From Dimorphilus gyrociliatus (lineage: Eukaryota > Animalia > Annelida): a stretch of 64,000 nt of DNA. The DNA lies in NCBI GenBank assembly GCA_904063045.1, contig CAJFCJ010000012.1:1364001-1428000 (forward strand), written 5' to 3'. The notes beneath the pieces were generated by a model. That model saw only the letters and a program-made list of their open reading frames with translations, was not told the DNA's origin and ran no database searches. How positions within the stretch are numbered: position 1 is the first letter of the stretch; every line of letters begins with the position of its first letter. The translations under genes were made by a program, and so were the position numbers. Of the stretch, positions 25,029-39,600 are shown piece after piece.

Positions 25029-26143
25029 ATGAGATCAAGTAAATTTGGATTTCTCTTGATATTAACAGTCTTCGTAGACTTTTCCAACCAATGGATTATT
25101 CCACTTGGTATAGGCGGTTTACTCACCGGAGTTGCCTGGAAATATTTACCATGTGCCTCTGTATTTTTTGAATGCTGTGATCAGAAATGGTTTAATAAAA
25201 ATAACATTACAGGTAGTGTAAAAAAAGCTTATGAGCGATAATACAATGATTATGTAATTTAAGGTCAACTTAACCTGCGTTGCTTTTTGCAGCATTGACT
25301 AAATCATTGGAAGAAAGTTTATATGGTCAACATTTGGTATTGAAGACTGTTGTTCCAGCTTTAAAAAGACATTTAACAAATAAAAATCCTCCAAAAGCAT
25401 TAGTTTTATCTTTCCATGGATGGACAGGTGGCGGGAAGAACTACGTTAGTCGTAAGATTGCTGAAAGCCTCTTCAAAAAAGGAACAGCTAGTAAATATTA
25501 CCACTTATTTGTTGCTACCCTTCACTTTCCCCATAAAGAAATGAATAGCATTTATAAAGATAACATACAACAATGGATTAAAGGTAACGTTTCCGAATGC
25601 CCTCATCAGCTTTTCATTTTCGACGAAGTTGATAAAATGTCGGCTGGACTTATTGATGCAATTCAACCATTCATAGATTTTCACGACAATGTTGAAAATA
25701 TTGACTACCGTCATAGTATATTTTTATTCCTCAGTAATACTGGAGGTGATATGATAAATAGGCAAATGGTTAAGATGTGGCGGAATGGACTAACACGGGA
25801 TGATATTCAATTGAAAGATATGGAGTCTCTTATACAGAATTTAGCATTTAATAATAAAGACGGAACTGGTTTATGGCATAGCTCACTAGTCGAGAGAAAT
25901 TTAATAACTGCTCTGATCCCTTTTCTACCACTTGAAAAGCATCATGTCAAGAAATGCGCAAGGGATTATTTACTATCACGTTCGCATACAAAGATAGCCT
26001 ATGACGATGATTTTCTGAACCAAATTGCCAATCAGATGACTTATCAGCCAAAAGATTCTCAATTATATTCGACATCGGGCTGTAAAAGGGTTGCTCAACA
26101 CTGCGATTTGTTAATTTATAACCATAGTAACGAAGATTTATAG
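25029..26143 (+). CDS. TOR1: Torsin family ER AAA+ ATPase (2 exons)
   Basis: Signal peptide plus hydrophobic segment; KALVLSFHGWTGGGKNYVS (Walker A), LFIFDEVDKM (Walker B), FLSNTGG, SGCK; C-terminal NEDL. Confidence 0.95.
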
Positions 26144-26665
26144 AAAAGTATATAAATGTTAAATATTCATTCCAATAATGTCTCTTTTTAAAGAATAAAA
26201 GAAATTTTTTGGTTTATTGGAAAATATATTTATTATTAGTAATAAAAATCTTGTATCGTTTTCACTTTTCCTTCTTTTTCTTGTGCAAAAAAATTCAATG
26301 TAGAAAAAAAAAACAAATAATATTAAATGCTTGTCTAATAAGAAAATATAAGAAGGCATAAATTAGTGAGAAAAAAAATCACATCTCTAATAAATTAATA
26401 ATTATTAAATTCAAGATACTATAGCTTAAATGAGTCAAGTAAACATAAATAAATAAGCTTCTTTTATTTCGCTTTCTTCATTTTAATTTCTTATTTGGCA
26501 AAAACAATTATCATTAACTTATCTATTATATATTCTTTCTCTTTCCATTGGCTTATTTTACACAACATACATACTTTTGAAAACCACATTAAATATGTCT
26601 TTTATAACAAATAAACAAGCAGACACTAAAAAAAAAATCAAGCAACCAACTGATTATCCTAGTTA

Positions 26666-28522
26666 TTACATATTCTTTATTTTAATTCCTTTTCTAATCT
26701 CCTTTTTTATCTTTTCCATTGTGAACTCCGTTCCTGACTGCCTCCTTCTTTGGTTTTTTATATGCCTGATATAAATAATATGGTAAAATGTAATTGATGA
26801 ACAATTAAATCTCCTACTCTATAAAGATATAACTATACTTTACCTTAACATAAAAGTTAGAGAACATAGCAAAAAAGATAACGGCGTATGATAAAATCCA
26901 CCATGTAAATAGAACTGGATAATTACATGGTATAAAGAATAGTTGAATTGAATGGATTGTCACGAGGGCAAATTGAAGCTATAATTATAATTTAAATATT
27001 AACTAAGATATACATATATATTTAAAATATTGTTTAAATAATCTACCAATTGCAAGCTTGTCATATACTTCTTCCACCAAATGTATTTTTGATAAGCCGG
27101 ACCTAAACCGGCAATGCCGTAATAGATGTACATCATAAAATGAATCCATGAGTTCAACCATCCGTGGAAAGTACCGAATCCACCAGCAACAAATTTTACG
27201 CCAAACCACCAACTAATTGGCATAACTCCGTGATGGAAAACGTGTAGAAAAGATATTTGATTAAATTTCTTTCTTAATACAAAAATTACCTGGGTAAAAA
27301 GAATGGAAAACGAAAGTAGAACAACAACTACAATACGTCTCATTTGTTAAACTTACTGTATCCAATAGTTCGATATATTTCGAGAGGTGAAACAACTGGC
27401 AAACTCTAAGCATCTATGAAAAAAACATATATACAATGTACAGTATATACAGTTTATATACTTTTATATATATACCCTTAGAGCGTTTGGTGAATTAGAA
27501 TAGTCAACAGGTTGACATCCATACGAATAATTACCAAACCAGCCGCAAATTCCAAACTGAAAAAAGTTAAAAATAATAATGTAGAATAATATTATGACTT
27601 GTAAACATATCTACACTACAAGTTTTATACATATTTACATTCAATTATTTAAATATATAGAAAACAGATAATGGCTACTTTTGTAATGTTGATTTTACGA
27701 TAATAAAAAATTGTCTAGTTAAAATTTTCTATAACCTCAATTGAACTCTGAAGTATTTATTAATTTAGCCTATTTCTTAATCTAACCTTCAAAGTTCAAA
27801 AGGCTTTTATATTCTTCATTACCACTATTAGGTAAAAGTAACAAAGCTCTATACTTTCAAAGCTTTTAAATAGGATTATAGAAAAATTGAACGATGGGAA
27901 TAATAAAGACTGTGGGATAGTATTATTGAATGACAAAAGGGTGTACTAGTCAAGGGAAGACCATTTGTCAACTAATTACCAATTAACTATATATAATAAC
28001 AGTCTCTTCTTCTTTTCTATTTTATGTTTGTTAGTTCTTCTTACCTCCATAAAAATATAGCCGGATAATATGACCATAGCAAAATTATAAACAATCATTA
28101 ATTCCTTTAATTTGAAAGGTTCCCGATTGGCCATTAATTTTGGTCCAATGACTTGAACAAAGATAACATATAAAATACATATGCTTAAACTTAACCATGG
28201 TGAGTCCATTAACAGCATTCCATCTGTTCGAGGATCTGCAACATAACAAAAGAAAACTTATTACAATTGTAAGAGAGAAGTGTTCAAGATTGTAAATTCT
28301 TTTCTATCTGTTTTATTTGTAATATATTATTTACAGGCAAAACAAGCCCATCTTATCGTTTATTTTAATATAAATCAGTGGAATATTATCACGTTTGTTC
28401 TTTGTCACGTGTACATTGATCGTCTAAGTCTTATGTAATATTAAATCAGAATTCCTTAGATACTGACCTGCCTTGGCCATTACACTCTGTGCATAGTTGA
28501 CGACTTGTTCAATGAGAGACAT
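26666..28522 (-). CDS. ELOVL: Very-long-chain fatty acid elongase (ELOVL1/7-like), 7 coding exons
   Basis: DPRTDGMLLMDSP, SKYIELLDT|VIFVLRKKFNQISFLHVFHH, NSWIHFMMYIYY, KKYMTSLQL, FSNFY; Lys-rich tail. Confidence 0.95.
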
Positions 28523-29023
28523 CCTTACTCGGATATTTATTCCTTTGATTATTAAGTTTAACCTGAAATATAAGTTCACAGTTATATTAAGTTATTAAGG
28601 ACGTGGGCAAAATTCTTATTCTCTAAGAAAGGGTACAGGTCAGTTTATTCTAAAGCATGTTCAAGCAGGCCAACAAAACAGTTTTCGGGCGGCCAAAAGT
28701 CTTATTATATCAATGTAATACGTCATCGTTTGATAGAAACCTTAGCGTATAAGCTAGAGAATAATACATAAGTCAATATATAGATTACCGGTCAGGTAGG
28801 AAATTTTTGCCAAACTTAATGAGCCAGAGTAATTTATGAACAAATACGTATTTTAAAATAATTATTCAAAAGATACTTACAAAAGCGCACCTAAATCAAT
28901 TAATGCACACTCCCGCTATAGAACGTTACGCCGTTCTCGATAAGGCGAATGATAGCAGGCAAGTAGACCACGCCGGGGAGGACTATAACCTACGATTAGC
29001 GACGGAAATTCCCCTAATACATA

Positions 29024-29031
29024 TGACGTCA
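29024..29031. promoter_or_regulatory. Perfect CRE/ATF palindrome TGACGTCA upstream of the ELOVL 5' exons
   Basis: Exact consensus in a GC-enriched patch 5' of ELOVL splice donors (~28880, ~28790). Confidence 0.4.
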
Positions 29032-29666
29032 CATTAGAATTCCTTCTGGCAAGTTAGCCTATAACATTAATATTCAGTATTATTATATTTCTTTTAAAGG
29101 TAGATGGCGACACTAAGATTTTCTAGAAGTAGTTACTTGCCTTGTCCTTCAAATACCACCTTAGAATAACTCAGAAACTAGGCAACAAAGAGTAAAAAAG
29201 TATGCGAGTTATAGATTTGGAACGAACGAAAATAATAGACTGTCTGTAGGAGAAAAGGTACGTTCCTTAAAGGATGCAAGCTGTCGACGATTCTCATGAG
29301 ACTGTACAGTAGTTTAGTTTAAGAAAAAGCCACAAGAACCACTTAAAGTATTCTAAACAATAAGATTTTGAGAGGAATATACATGAAAAAGTAATGTTAT
29401 TATTAATTTAAAGGAAGCAAATCAGACCTATCTCTAAATATATGTTGAATAGAAAAGATAGATGGCGATACTATATACAAATAGCTTTAAAGTTTTCTTC
29501 AATTAATTAATCGATCAAGTATTAATATAAACAATAACAAAGGCTAAATAATATTTATAACTGAAAATATAAATAAACTGTTTTTTATATTACAATATAG
29601 ACTGAAGAAGAAAAGATGAATTTCTCCTTGAAGAGTTTTAGATCATTCTCCATCCTTCTTCTTTTC

Positions 29667-31007
29667 TTAAATAGTTATATATTTTTCAATGTAAATATTC
29701 TCTCTGTCGGTCTGTCCCTTTCGTTCCTTAACCATCTTTAAAGCGTTTAAGTAGAACTCATTGATTGTATTTATGTCTCCTCGTTTCAAATGGGAATTTA
29801 AATGAGTTTTCAATATCATTGCGGTTTTATATTCATTCTTGCAAACCAAACAAATATAAGGTTTATCATTGGTGTGAATTCTTTTATGATCAAGTAACTT
29901 CCCCGAACTACTGAATGTTTTGTTACACAAGTCACAAGGGTATCTGGAAAGTGGATCGTGAATTGTTTTCAAATGTCTCTTTAAAGATCCCATTATATTA
30001 AATCTCTTTCCACATTCGGTGCATTCAAACTCTTCTTTTTTTTCATGTAAGGCAGCTATATGATTCTTTAAGCCAGCGTTTGTTGTAAGTTTTAAGCCGC
30101 ATAGATGGCATTGAGCTTTTTTCACACCTTGATGATGAGTACGAATATGAAAATTTACAGCGTAACGATGATGAAACCATTTTTTACATATTTCACATTG
30201 ATGTTCTTTGTTCATACCATCATGAAAGAACTTTTTATGCTTCTTCAATCCGGCTAATGACCTAAACTGTTTTGAGCATAAATCACATTTTAAAGGTGCG
30301 AAAGTCTTATGAATACTGGCTTTATGTTTATCTAAAGATGTTTTTGTGAAAAACGCTGCCATACAGGAACCACACTCAAATCTAGGAAATTTTTTCTTTG
30401 TATCGGATATTATTTTAATCGGTTTACCACTGGATTTGCTGACAATTATTTCGTTGATTTGAAGGTTATTCTGTTCTTTAATTTCGTTTAATCGAGGACT
30501 GGTACTGAGAAATTCTTTGTCTTTTTTTAGATCATTCTCTTGAAGTTCTTCTTCTTTGACAAGCATCTAAATTAGACAATGAAATATGTGGATTAACTAT
30601 ATTCAAGAATCTCATTTACTTACATAATTTTCACCATTAGCACATTCATATTCCATTATATCAATATTAGGTAATTCGACATCAATACTTGAAAAAGATT
30701 TTCTTTTTGCATTTTCGTATCCTTGCCGTAGACTACCATCAAGTTTTCTAATGGCTGTATCTAATTTCTCCAAGAGTCTTTCACTCTTAGAATATGTAAT
30801 TATTTCATCCTTTTTTGATAGTGAAGTTTCGTCCAGCCTTTCATCTTCAGTCAATGGCAAGTCTTTTGAGAGATCAGAATGAGTACTACGAAGATGACTT
30901 CGAATTGACTCTTTGCTTGTTGTTTCCTCACCACATATTGAACATTTAAACATTAAAATTGTTTTGTAGTATTGATCTATAGACTGAAAATCACATGATC
31001 CAGACAT
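29667..31007 (-). CDS. C2H2 zinc-finger protein (1 N-terminal finger plus an array of 7), 2 coding exons
   Basis: CSICGEETTSKESIRSHLRSTH in exon 1; seven CxxC...HxxxH/HxxxxH fingers in exon 2 (e.g. CDLCNKTFSSSGKLLDHKRIHTNDKPY); GT-AG intron ~30567-30617. Confidence 0.9.
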
Positions 31008-31447
31008 CTTCGCAAATTTAATAACAGCATTAGGAACGAAAAAAATAACCACTCCGAAATAACTGCTCACCGGTTAAGACCGGTTTCCATCAGCAGTTTT
31101 CAAGAACAAGTAAACACACTGCAGCCTTTCTCCTTCCCTCCTTCCCCAAAAGTCTAGATCAGTATTTCATAAAATGCAGTTTGATTTTACAAGTTACTAA
31201 AGCTGATATAATTGTAAATACCTTTACTGGGAAACTTTATTCCTAATCAAACCAAACTCAAAAGTAAAATATTCGAATTATTCAAATAAGAAAAGTTTTT
31301 TTCTGCAACTAACATATTAAGAAAAAGTACAACCACAGTGAAGTCAATTATACTTATATTAGTATTATTTTAAAAAACTAATCAATGACCTTGACTTTTT
31401 TTGGCACATCATTATTTAGATATAAATTTGCTGTGATACCAGGGTAG

Positions 31448-32708
31448 ATGGAGAAAGCCGCAGATTTTCATTACAATGCCGGTTAATACTATATCTTATA
31501 TTATAAAATTGAACTATTTAAATACTTAGAAGTATATTTTACATATTTTAAAGCTGATTAAAAATATTTACCCTCCATAAAATTGATTTTGTAGAAAAAA
31601 ATTTCGTGCCCTCCTAATTTTAAGTATTCTTTAAATTCGTTTATTTTTTTTTAGAACAAAATTACGACGAAGAAACAATAATACAACAGCGAGAGATAGA
31701 AAAAGAAGTTTGTAGTTATGTTATAGATAAAATATTAATATATCAATCGTTTATCTACATTTACTAGATTGCTGGGTGTCAAGATCTTGTCGGTCCTAAA
31801 GAAGATTTCACTACATTGGATCGAGAGTTTGAACATGACGTTGCATTTTTGAAAAAGATACAGGTTACATAAGATCTTTTCGCAATAAATTAGATATGTT
31901 GAAGAACAATATTCAAAATAAACAGGATGTGAAGCAACGATACAGACGATTTAGAAGAATTCGAGCCGATGGTAACTGTTTCTTTCGAGCATTTGGTTTC
32001 GCATATTTTGAAAGTTTACTGAAAAATCCCGATGAATTTAAAAGGTTTTATTAAAACTAATAAAGCAAAAATATTTTTAATTCCATAAATATTCATTAGA
32101 TTTCAAGATATAGCTTTAAAAAGCAAAGATGAATTGATAACCTTAGGTTTTCCGCAGTTCACTCTTGAAGATTTTCACGAAACGGTTTATTATTAGTATT
32201 ATATTAATTAATATAACTTATATTTATATAAGATTTCCGTTATTTTGTTATAGTTCATGCAGGAATTGAATAAAATCGAAACCAATAAGTCTATTGAAGG
32301 AGTCCTTCAAACGTTTAACGACTGTGGAACTTCAGACTACATAGTGGTGTATTTGAGACTAATTGTTTCGGGCTTTCTGCAGAAGAACGAAGATTTTTAT
32401 CAGAGTTTCTTAGATGGCGGACGAACAATGAGAGAATTTTGCAATCAGGTGAAACATTATATTTCTTTCAAAGTAATACTCTTTCATTAAAAAAAAACAA
32501 TTGTCGATAGGAAGTGGAACCAATGGGTCGAGAAAGTGATCATATTCACATAATCGCTCTTAGCCAAGCCACTGGGATTTGCGTCCAAGTTGATTATATG
32601 GATAGAGGAGATGGAAATCTGATTTCCCATGTCTTCCCCGAAGATAGTTCTCCCAGCATTTATCTATTGTACAAACCCGGTCACTACGATATTCTTTATA
32701 AAGAATAA
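31448..32708 (+). CDS. OTUB1: Ubiquitin thioesterase otubain (7 exons)
   Basis: RRIRADGNCFFRAFGF (catalytic Cys), DYIVVYLRLIVSG, EVEPMGRESDHIHIIAL, LLYKPGHYDILYK*. Confidence 0.95.
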
Positions 32709-33649
32709 TTAACTAAAAGTTTATTTTTCCCATGTAAGAATTATTTTTTAATACTGTACTATCAAAGATTTAATAATATAAGAAAGTGTGTATTAAAATA
32801 TAAATAAAGGCACTAAATCTTTTTAGTGTAAATCCTGTTTCATATAAAGCCATTTAATCTCATTACCACTAAGCTATTTTCTGAAATGGGTCAATTTGAT
32901 TTAGATGTACAAATTGGATATCAGATACGCTTCGATTGAAACATCATGCATAACCTTAAACATTGTAGAGAATCCGTGCATCAGTCTCATCTTTAAGGTT
33001 TCAATAAAGTATCATTAAATCGTTTCTCTTCAAAGCTTAGCGTACGAAAATATTTTCCTTGCTAATAAAATAAGTCTGCTTAGTTTCTAATGGAAAAGAA
33101 ATAGCATTAAAATTTCATGTAGTCGTATTAATTTTAAATCAAATACGGATAATTACATGCCCGGATCTTTATTTGTAAATAACCCATTTCTGATATCTTG
33201 ACCTTTTCATTGAGTTCTATCTATTCCGAAGTATTTTGATCTTATTTTTTGGCGGCTAATTTATAGTTTGACCCTTTACAAAAAAAAACTACTTAAAAGG
33301 AAATTTGCATAAAAATTGAAAAGATAAATGATATTTGAAAATTGAAATGATTGCATGTGATTAAACCAAAAGTAGCTTGGAAGAAAAACACCATTCTGGA
33401 CAGATGTTTTATAAACGAAAATCATTGAGGGGGTCCCTCACGAGGTCAAAAATTCAAGTCAGCAGGTGTTTTATACAATAGAAAATGGTGCTAATTTATT
33501 TTTGGAATGAACGATTTTAGTTTTTTAATGATGAAAAATGTTGCATAAGGAAATTGAAAATTCGCTTTTATTACTGTTTTAAGTAATCCTGCTGTTGCAT
33601 AAAAAATTATTATTATTCATGAAAAAGGTTTTATTGAGTCGTTGTAATA

Positions 33650-36600
33650 CTAAATTGGCATAATATAGAAAACTGGTTGAGTTTCGTTGTCAATCTTGTG
33701 GTGAATTTTTTGTATTTCTAACAGATACATAGGACAAGATGAAAGTTCAATCTCTTTCCACCAAATCTATGCATGAAAAGGAAGATTTTTTCCGTTTTTT
33801 ATACAATTATGAATACATTAGATGGTGTTTTATATAACCTGTTTACAAAGCTTAATCCAATCATTTTCCAAAGGAATCTTTGAACTTTTTTCCAAAGCCT
33901 CAACTATCAAATGATCAGCGTCTAGAGTTTTTCCAGAAATGTATTTCTAAAAGTATTATTATATATAACTATTATTCAGACAAGATTATCAATATAAACT
34001 GGTTATATCATACAAAATAAGCTTGATATAAAAGTGAACGTGGAGTAAAAACTTCATAATGCTTAGTCATTTTTATTAATTTATTAATCAGCTGTCAAAT
34101 AAGAAGAGCATCATTAATTTTAAATATTATTTGCTTGATATAGATGCAGGAAATGAAAGAGAGAGAAACGATGGAAAAGAGGAAGAGTAATAGTGTTTAA
34201 ATTTTATAATTTAAAAAAAATTGCTAGATAATGAAAAACCTTTCTGCTTTTATCTACTTCGCTAAATTCATCCGGCATTTGATAGAGCAGTAATAAGGAG
34301 CATTCCACTAATTTTACTAATGAACTAATAACGATAATTGAATTGCTTTGAGGAAGCCTGCTCTCTGCAAAATCCCTCCAGAAAACCGCCTCATCTACAC
34401 ACTCTTTTCTACTGTAACTATATGTAATATGAATCTTTATCATACCATATTTATCAAAAGTATTTAAAAAAAAGTTCTCACTAAAGAGCATTAGCTGATG
34501 CAAGATAAAATGATAATTCTCCATTTCGTCTATCTAATAGATCATTTGTTATTCTTGTTAAATTTTCAATATTTTCATTTAATATGCCTAAAAACATTAT
34601 AAATGATTGAATCTATTTTACTAATAGAAAAACAATCTCACCTGCAAATGTTACTAATTCCCATTTCATACAAATTGATAAGTCTAATGAGATATCATTA
34701 AACTCAGCTAATATTTCAGAAATTTTTCCAAAGCATTTTGCCATTAATAGACTGGTCATTAGGTTAGGTAAAGTTGCTAAATACAGAAAATTATCTCGTA
34801 AATCTGTTGATAATCTATGCGACAGGAACCCGGCATCCTGAGCCGATTCTAATGATCCTCTCTTTAATTCTGAATTTAAAATTGAACAGCAAACTTGAGC
34901 AACGCCAGACTTTGTTAAATTTGGATCGGATATTAGTAGACTAGCTCTATGTTCATAATTTAATGACAAATTTTTTAAATTATACGACTCAAGTACGGAT
35001 GCAAAGAGTGTATAGGCTTTTGCCAACTCGTATGCATTTCCAGTTGTTTCTGCCATGTTAACCAACTTAAGAACGTCACCAATCATTAAATGACCTTTAT
35101 GAATAAATTTTCTTGAATATAAAAGTAACGACAGGCAGCGAACAATCAAAATTTTATTAGGTGAACTTGAAAAGTAGGTTGACGGCTTCTTTGTATGAAT
35201 AAATTGTTTAACTACTTCAACGATGCAAACAATCCAACTATAAAATCTTCTATTTGTTATATTTTCCCCTAAAAGTTGAAGAGCCCTTTCAGCATAAATT
35301 GCTGCATCTGACCATCGTCCTTCTGAATATTTCGTTTCACCTAGAATATACTCTACATTTGCTTTGATTCCATTTAAATTGACATTTTTTAATTCTCCGT
35401 CCCACTTTGTGGAAAATGCGGTCCTTTCGTTGCTTAAACTTTTAACCATTCTTTTAACGTTTCTAAGATGGTAATCTAGTTTATCGTGATGTATATTAAT
35501 TAGTAATTTGGCTGTTTGTAGAGAATAATATAAAGCTCTTTCGATAAGTTTTGCTCTTTTCGAATGATATGCTAATTTTTCGCAAGTTCTTCTCACAATA
35601 TCAACACACTGACATTTCCCTGAATAGCTATTTCTTAATAAGCTCAATCTATCTTTCCTGTTATCAGTTTTTGTTTGCATTCTATACAAGTTAATTATTT
35701 AAATGGTATTAAAAAGAAGATTTACGTATCATTCATCTGATTTTGAGCTTCTTCATCTGAGGTTAATACTGATAGTTTGTTGTTTGCTAGTGGAGTCGTT
35801 ATCTTTATGTTTGAAGAAGATAGTCGATTAAACCTATATGGCAATGATAAACTACGAGAAATTCTTCTCATGAAACTCTTATCTGTTGGGAATTCTCATT
35901 CTATATGATATAGTTAGAAATTTTTTATACAAACAATTGTTTGTTTCTTGTTTCAATCTAGTATTAGAATACTTGGACTTTTGATCGTCGGCTAAATAAT
36001 TTTTGAACGTTTGAAAAGTAGTATCAATACTTCCTCTAATAATTTGCGTATATGGAAACACTTCTTCAAGTTTAATAGCAAATGATTGAGCATTTGTTAT
36101 AAAAGATGATAAAGATGACGTTGAAGTTTGAGTAAAAATACTTAATGAATCCTTAAATAGAATACAAAAATTCTCTTAAGTGGAATAGATCTCCTAAAAA
36201 GTAAGAGAAGAAGATAAGAGTAAATAGTTACGTAAGAATCCTTTTCATAAGAAAATCTTGAACTTTTATCGCATGCTGGGCATTTTTTATCTGATTTCTC
36301 GAAATAAAACACAATTTCTTTATGAATTTTTCGTCTCAGACTTTCTAAAACCCTTTTTTGTTATATAAATAGAAAAGATATGATTAGTCTAATGGATGAG
36401 AGATAATAGTCATTTATATACATTTCATAGGCGGCTTGCTGAACAATATCAGATTTAAACTTTATGGTTAAGCAAGGACACGTAGAAGTAGATTTTAAAG
36501 GACCTCTTTCCGGGTAACAATAGCAAAGTTTCGGATTAAAAGATGCTTCTTCCGGAAAATTAGCACAACAAAAGAATTCATTTTCTGTTAGATTCTTAAT

Positions 36601-39600
36601 CATGAAAAAGACTTTATAGCTTAGTGTTAACCTAAAAAATATACAAGTTTCTCTTGTCATTATTCTATAAATATACTTGAATGATTCTTTGAAATTTCGC
36701 TGTATAATCAGAAAGAAATTTTTCGGCTATGGTTTGAAGAAGAAATCTTTCAAAGGTTCTTCCACAAACAGCTGCGTACTTTATAAAAATTTCTTCCGCC
36801 TGATTCAACCTGTCCAATTGCGCTTGTACATGAACCTGTTGATGACCTTATGAACTCTTTCAAACTTTATTCAATCTGTTTAGATTCTACTTGAATGGAT
36901 TCGGGTATTTGTCCCAACAAGTGTTCGTTTATTATTATGCAAATTCTTTTATTGTCTTGTTTAGGTTTTTCCTCTTCGGTATTAATGTTTTCAGACTAGA
37001 AAAGAAACTAGAGTAAAATAAACGAATAAGTAATTTAATGGTCAAGCCCATACTTTATCAATATGATAAGATCTTTGACGAATAACTCTTATGATGTCAT
37101 TAGCAAGATAATACTGAACAGATGGAGAAGAAAGAAGTGAAGAGAAATGGAAAGGACAAATTAATATACACTGTATATACTATATATATATATAGTTTGT
37201 TTTTTTATATACTTCTAAAATCTGTTCGATCCATTTAGGTATTCCGTTTGATTTTTTCACAATATGTCTGCCGTAAAATTGGAAACTATACTATTATATT
37301 CAACATAATGTGTATTACGTAATCGGCTTACTTTTCAAATTTTTCCGACAAAGCATCACAGCTCAATAAAACTTTAGAAAGCTGTACAATATGTTCACTA
37401 GATAGTGGCTTTAATGTAATCTTCTTAATTCCATTGCTTTGTAATAATTCTATTGCTTCATCACACATTTCTGAAGATGTCTAACAACATGTATAGAAAA
37501 GAGTGATTTGGAAGGAGAGAGAGAGAGAGAGAGAGAGAGAAAGTTTGAACTTTTAATTGATTGTACATAAAATATATAAATTGTATGGATAGAATTACTT
37601 TCATAAATAAGATCGTTAAGCATCTTTTAGCTAATTTAAATATGTTAATAACTTTCCAAAATTCTCTATCTAATCCATTAGCATCATCAATTATATGTAA
37701 CAAAAATGTATCTTCGTTAACTAGCTATATTTTCGTAATATAATTAATTTTAATTAGTCTTAAGATATTTTTAACAGAAATGATACCTTTTCAACTAAAA
37801 GTAATATTAATTGATAGAGTACGCTCTCTCTTTCCTTTGATGATTTTAAAAGTAGTTTTTCAGATTGAAGTATCTATTTATATTATTAATTTCTACATTT
37901 AAATAACAAATTATGAATTTTTAATTAATTAAAGAGGGTTTTACTTTCGTATTTAAATAATCATTTAATAAACAAATACATTCAAGATTATCTCTTTCCT
38001 TCAGCTGTCTTAATTTATCTTCTTTTATCTTTCTATCAGAATCTAATTTAATACCTAAAAGTTGAGTTAAAATACTTTCCAGAGAATTTAATTTTCCTTT
38101 ATCATTGTATTCGTTAAAGTACGTAATTATCGTTGTCCTAGTAAGTAGCGTAATGGAAAGTAATGACACGTATTTATAAAAGTAAAGTACAAATTACTTG
38201 GTATCCCACAAAGAGATCACCTTTTCTATAAAAGTGTGAAGAAGAGAGGTTTTTCCATATCCCAAATCCCCCTCAACAACAATAATATTTTCTCTAGCGT
38301 TTCCCATCTTATTCAAGTATTCTACTTCGGCTAATAAGAAGCTAAGCTCTTTTTCACGACCTAATTAATAAGAAAGTTTTATATTAAATTTTTTTGGTGG
38401 ATATATCAATTAGCCAATTAGCCTATTATATTTCTATAAACATTTTCTCTTTCCTCCAAGAATTTAGGCAATTGAGAATTCCTGTTAGTTAACACGATCT
38501 TTACTAGCTATTTTTACCACCAATAAAGCAATTTTGCAACTCATTTACATGATATTTTTCTCACCCACATATTCTCTAATAATTCCCACGTTTAATATGC
38601 CTTTCAGTTCTTTTGCCTAAAGATAATTATAACTCAGAAAGTAACATAGATTTATAATTGATTTGATCATAATGTACCAACTTTAAGAATAGAAAAATGA
38701 AGAATGGGTAATTTAGAATAATGAAAGGTTTCTGAATCGCAACATACTTTTCCAGGATATTGAACCATAAGCCTAGCAGCCATGTTAACCTTTCGGCCCA
38801 TTACTATAAAAATATCATCGAGCATGTTTACATCCTTTTTATGTGCAATTATACAATTTTTTTTACCACTAACCAGTATATTCTTGTCTATGTAAATGAC
38901 CTACAACACCGCAGAACGTTGATCCCGTTGTAACACCAATGGATACTGTTCTAATTATAGAAATCAATTATCAAACTGGAAAAATACATAATTTATAAAA
39001 TATTTAAAATCAAACTCAATATCTTGTAAATCTTCTAATAAATGTTTCACTTCTAAAGAGCATTTTAACCCATGACAACATGCGCTGTCCTCCTTAAATC
39101 CTGGTAATCCGAATATCGCGAGAAAAGTTACACCCTTTATATTTTTTTCATGAAAGAAAAACAAACAACAAATAAAAAACAAAAGAAAATTATTTTTTGT
39201 TGTTGTTGTTGTTGTTGTTGTGTTTTATTTTCATGTTAAAGATAAAGTTTCAGACTTTATCAAATGTGAATATCTTATTTAGACATCCTCCATAGGTCGT
39301 CAAGGATTTAAATATCACATCAAAAGTATGTTGAAACATAAATGGCAATTCACTTCGGTGTGTCTTTGGTGCGTAGATGTTAATAAATAAAATTGTTACG
39401 TGACGCATATCGGAGATAAGATCTATTGGTTGACCACTTTCTATCTGAGAGAGAAATATTATACGGTTTCAAAGGGAATCTTTTATTGTATATAGAATAT
39501 TAGGTATTCTTGTATTCGTACTCTGTTTAGAACTGGCGATAGTATATACAAAGATAAACATCTCCATTTCTCCTCTAGATCTTTACCATTTATTAATTCA

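Noticed and set aside
1-31007. A biosynthetic gene cluster around the NRPS-like gene (GSTs, ELOVL, transporter)
   Set aside because: The neighbours are ordinary housekeeping or signalling genes in mixed orientation, with no tailoring enzymes or PPTase adjacent.
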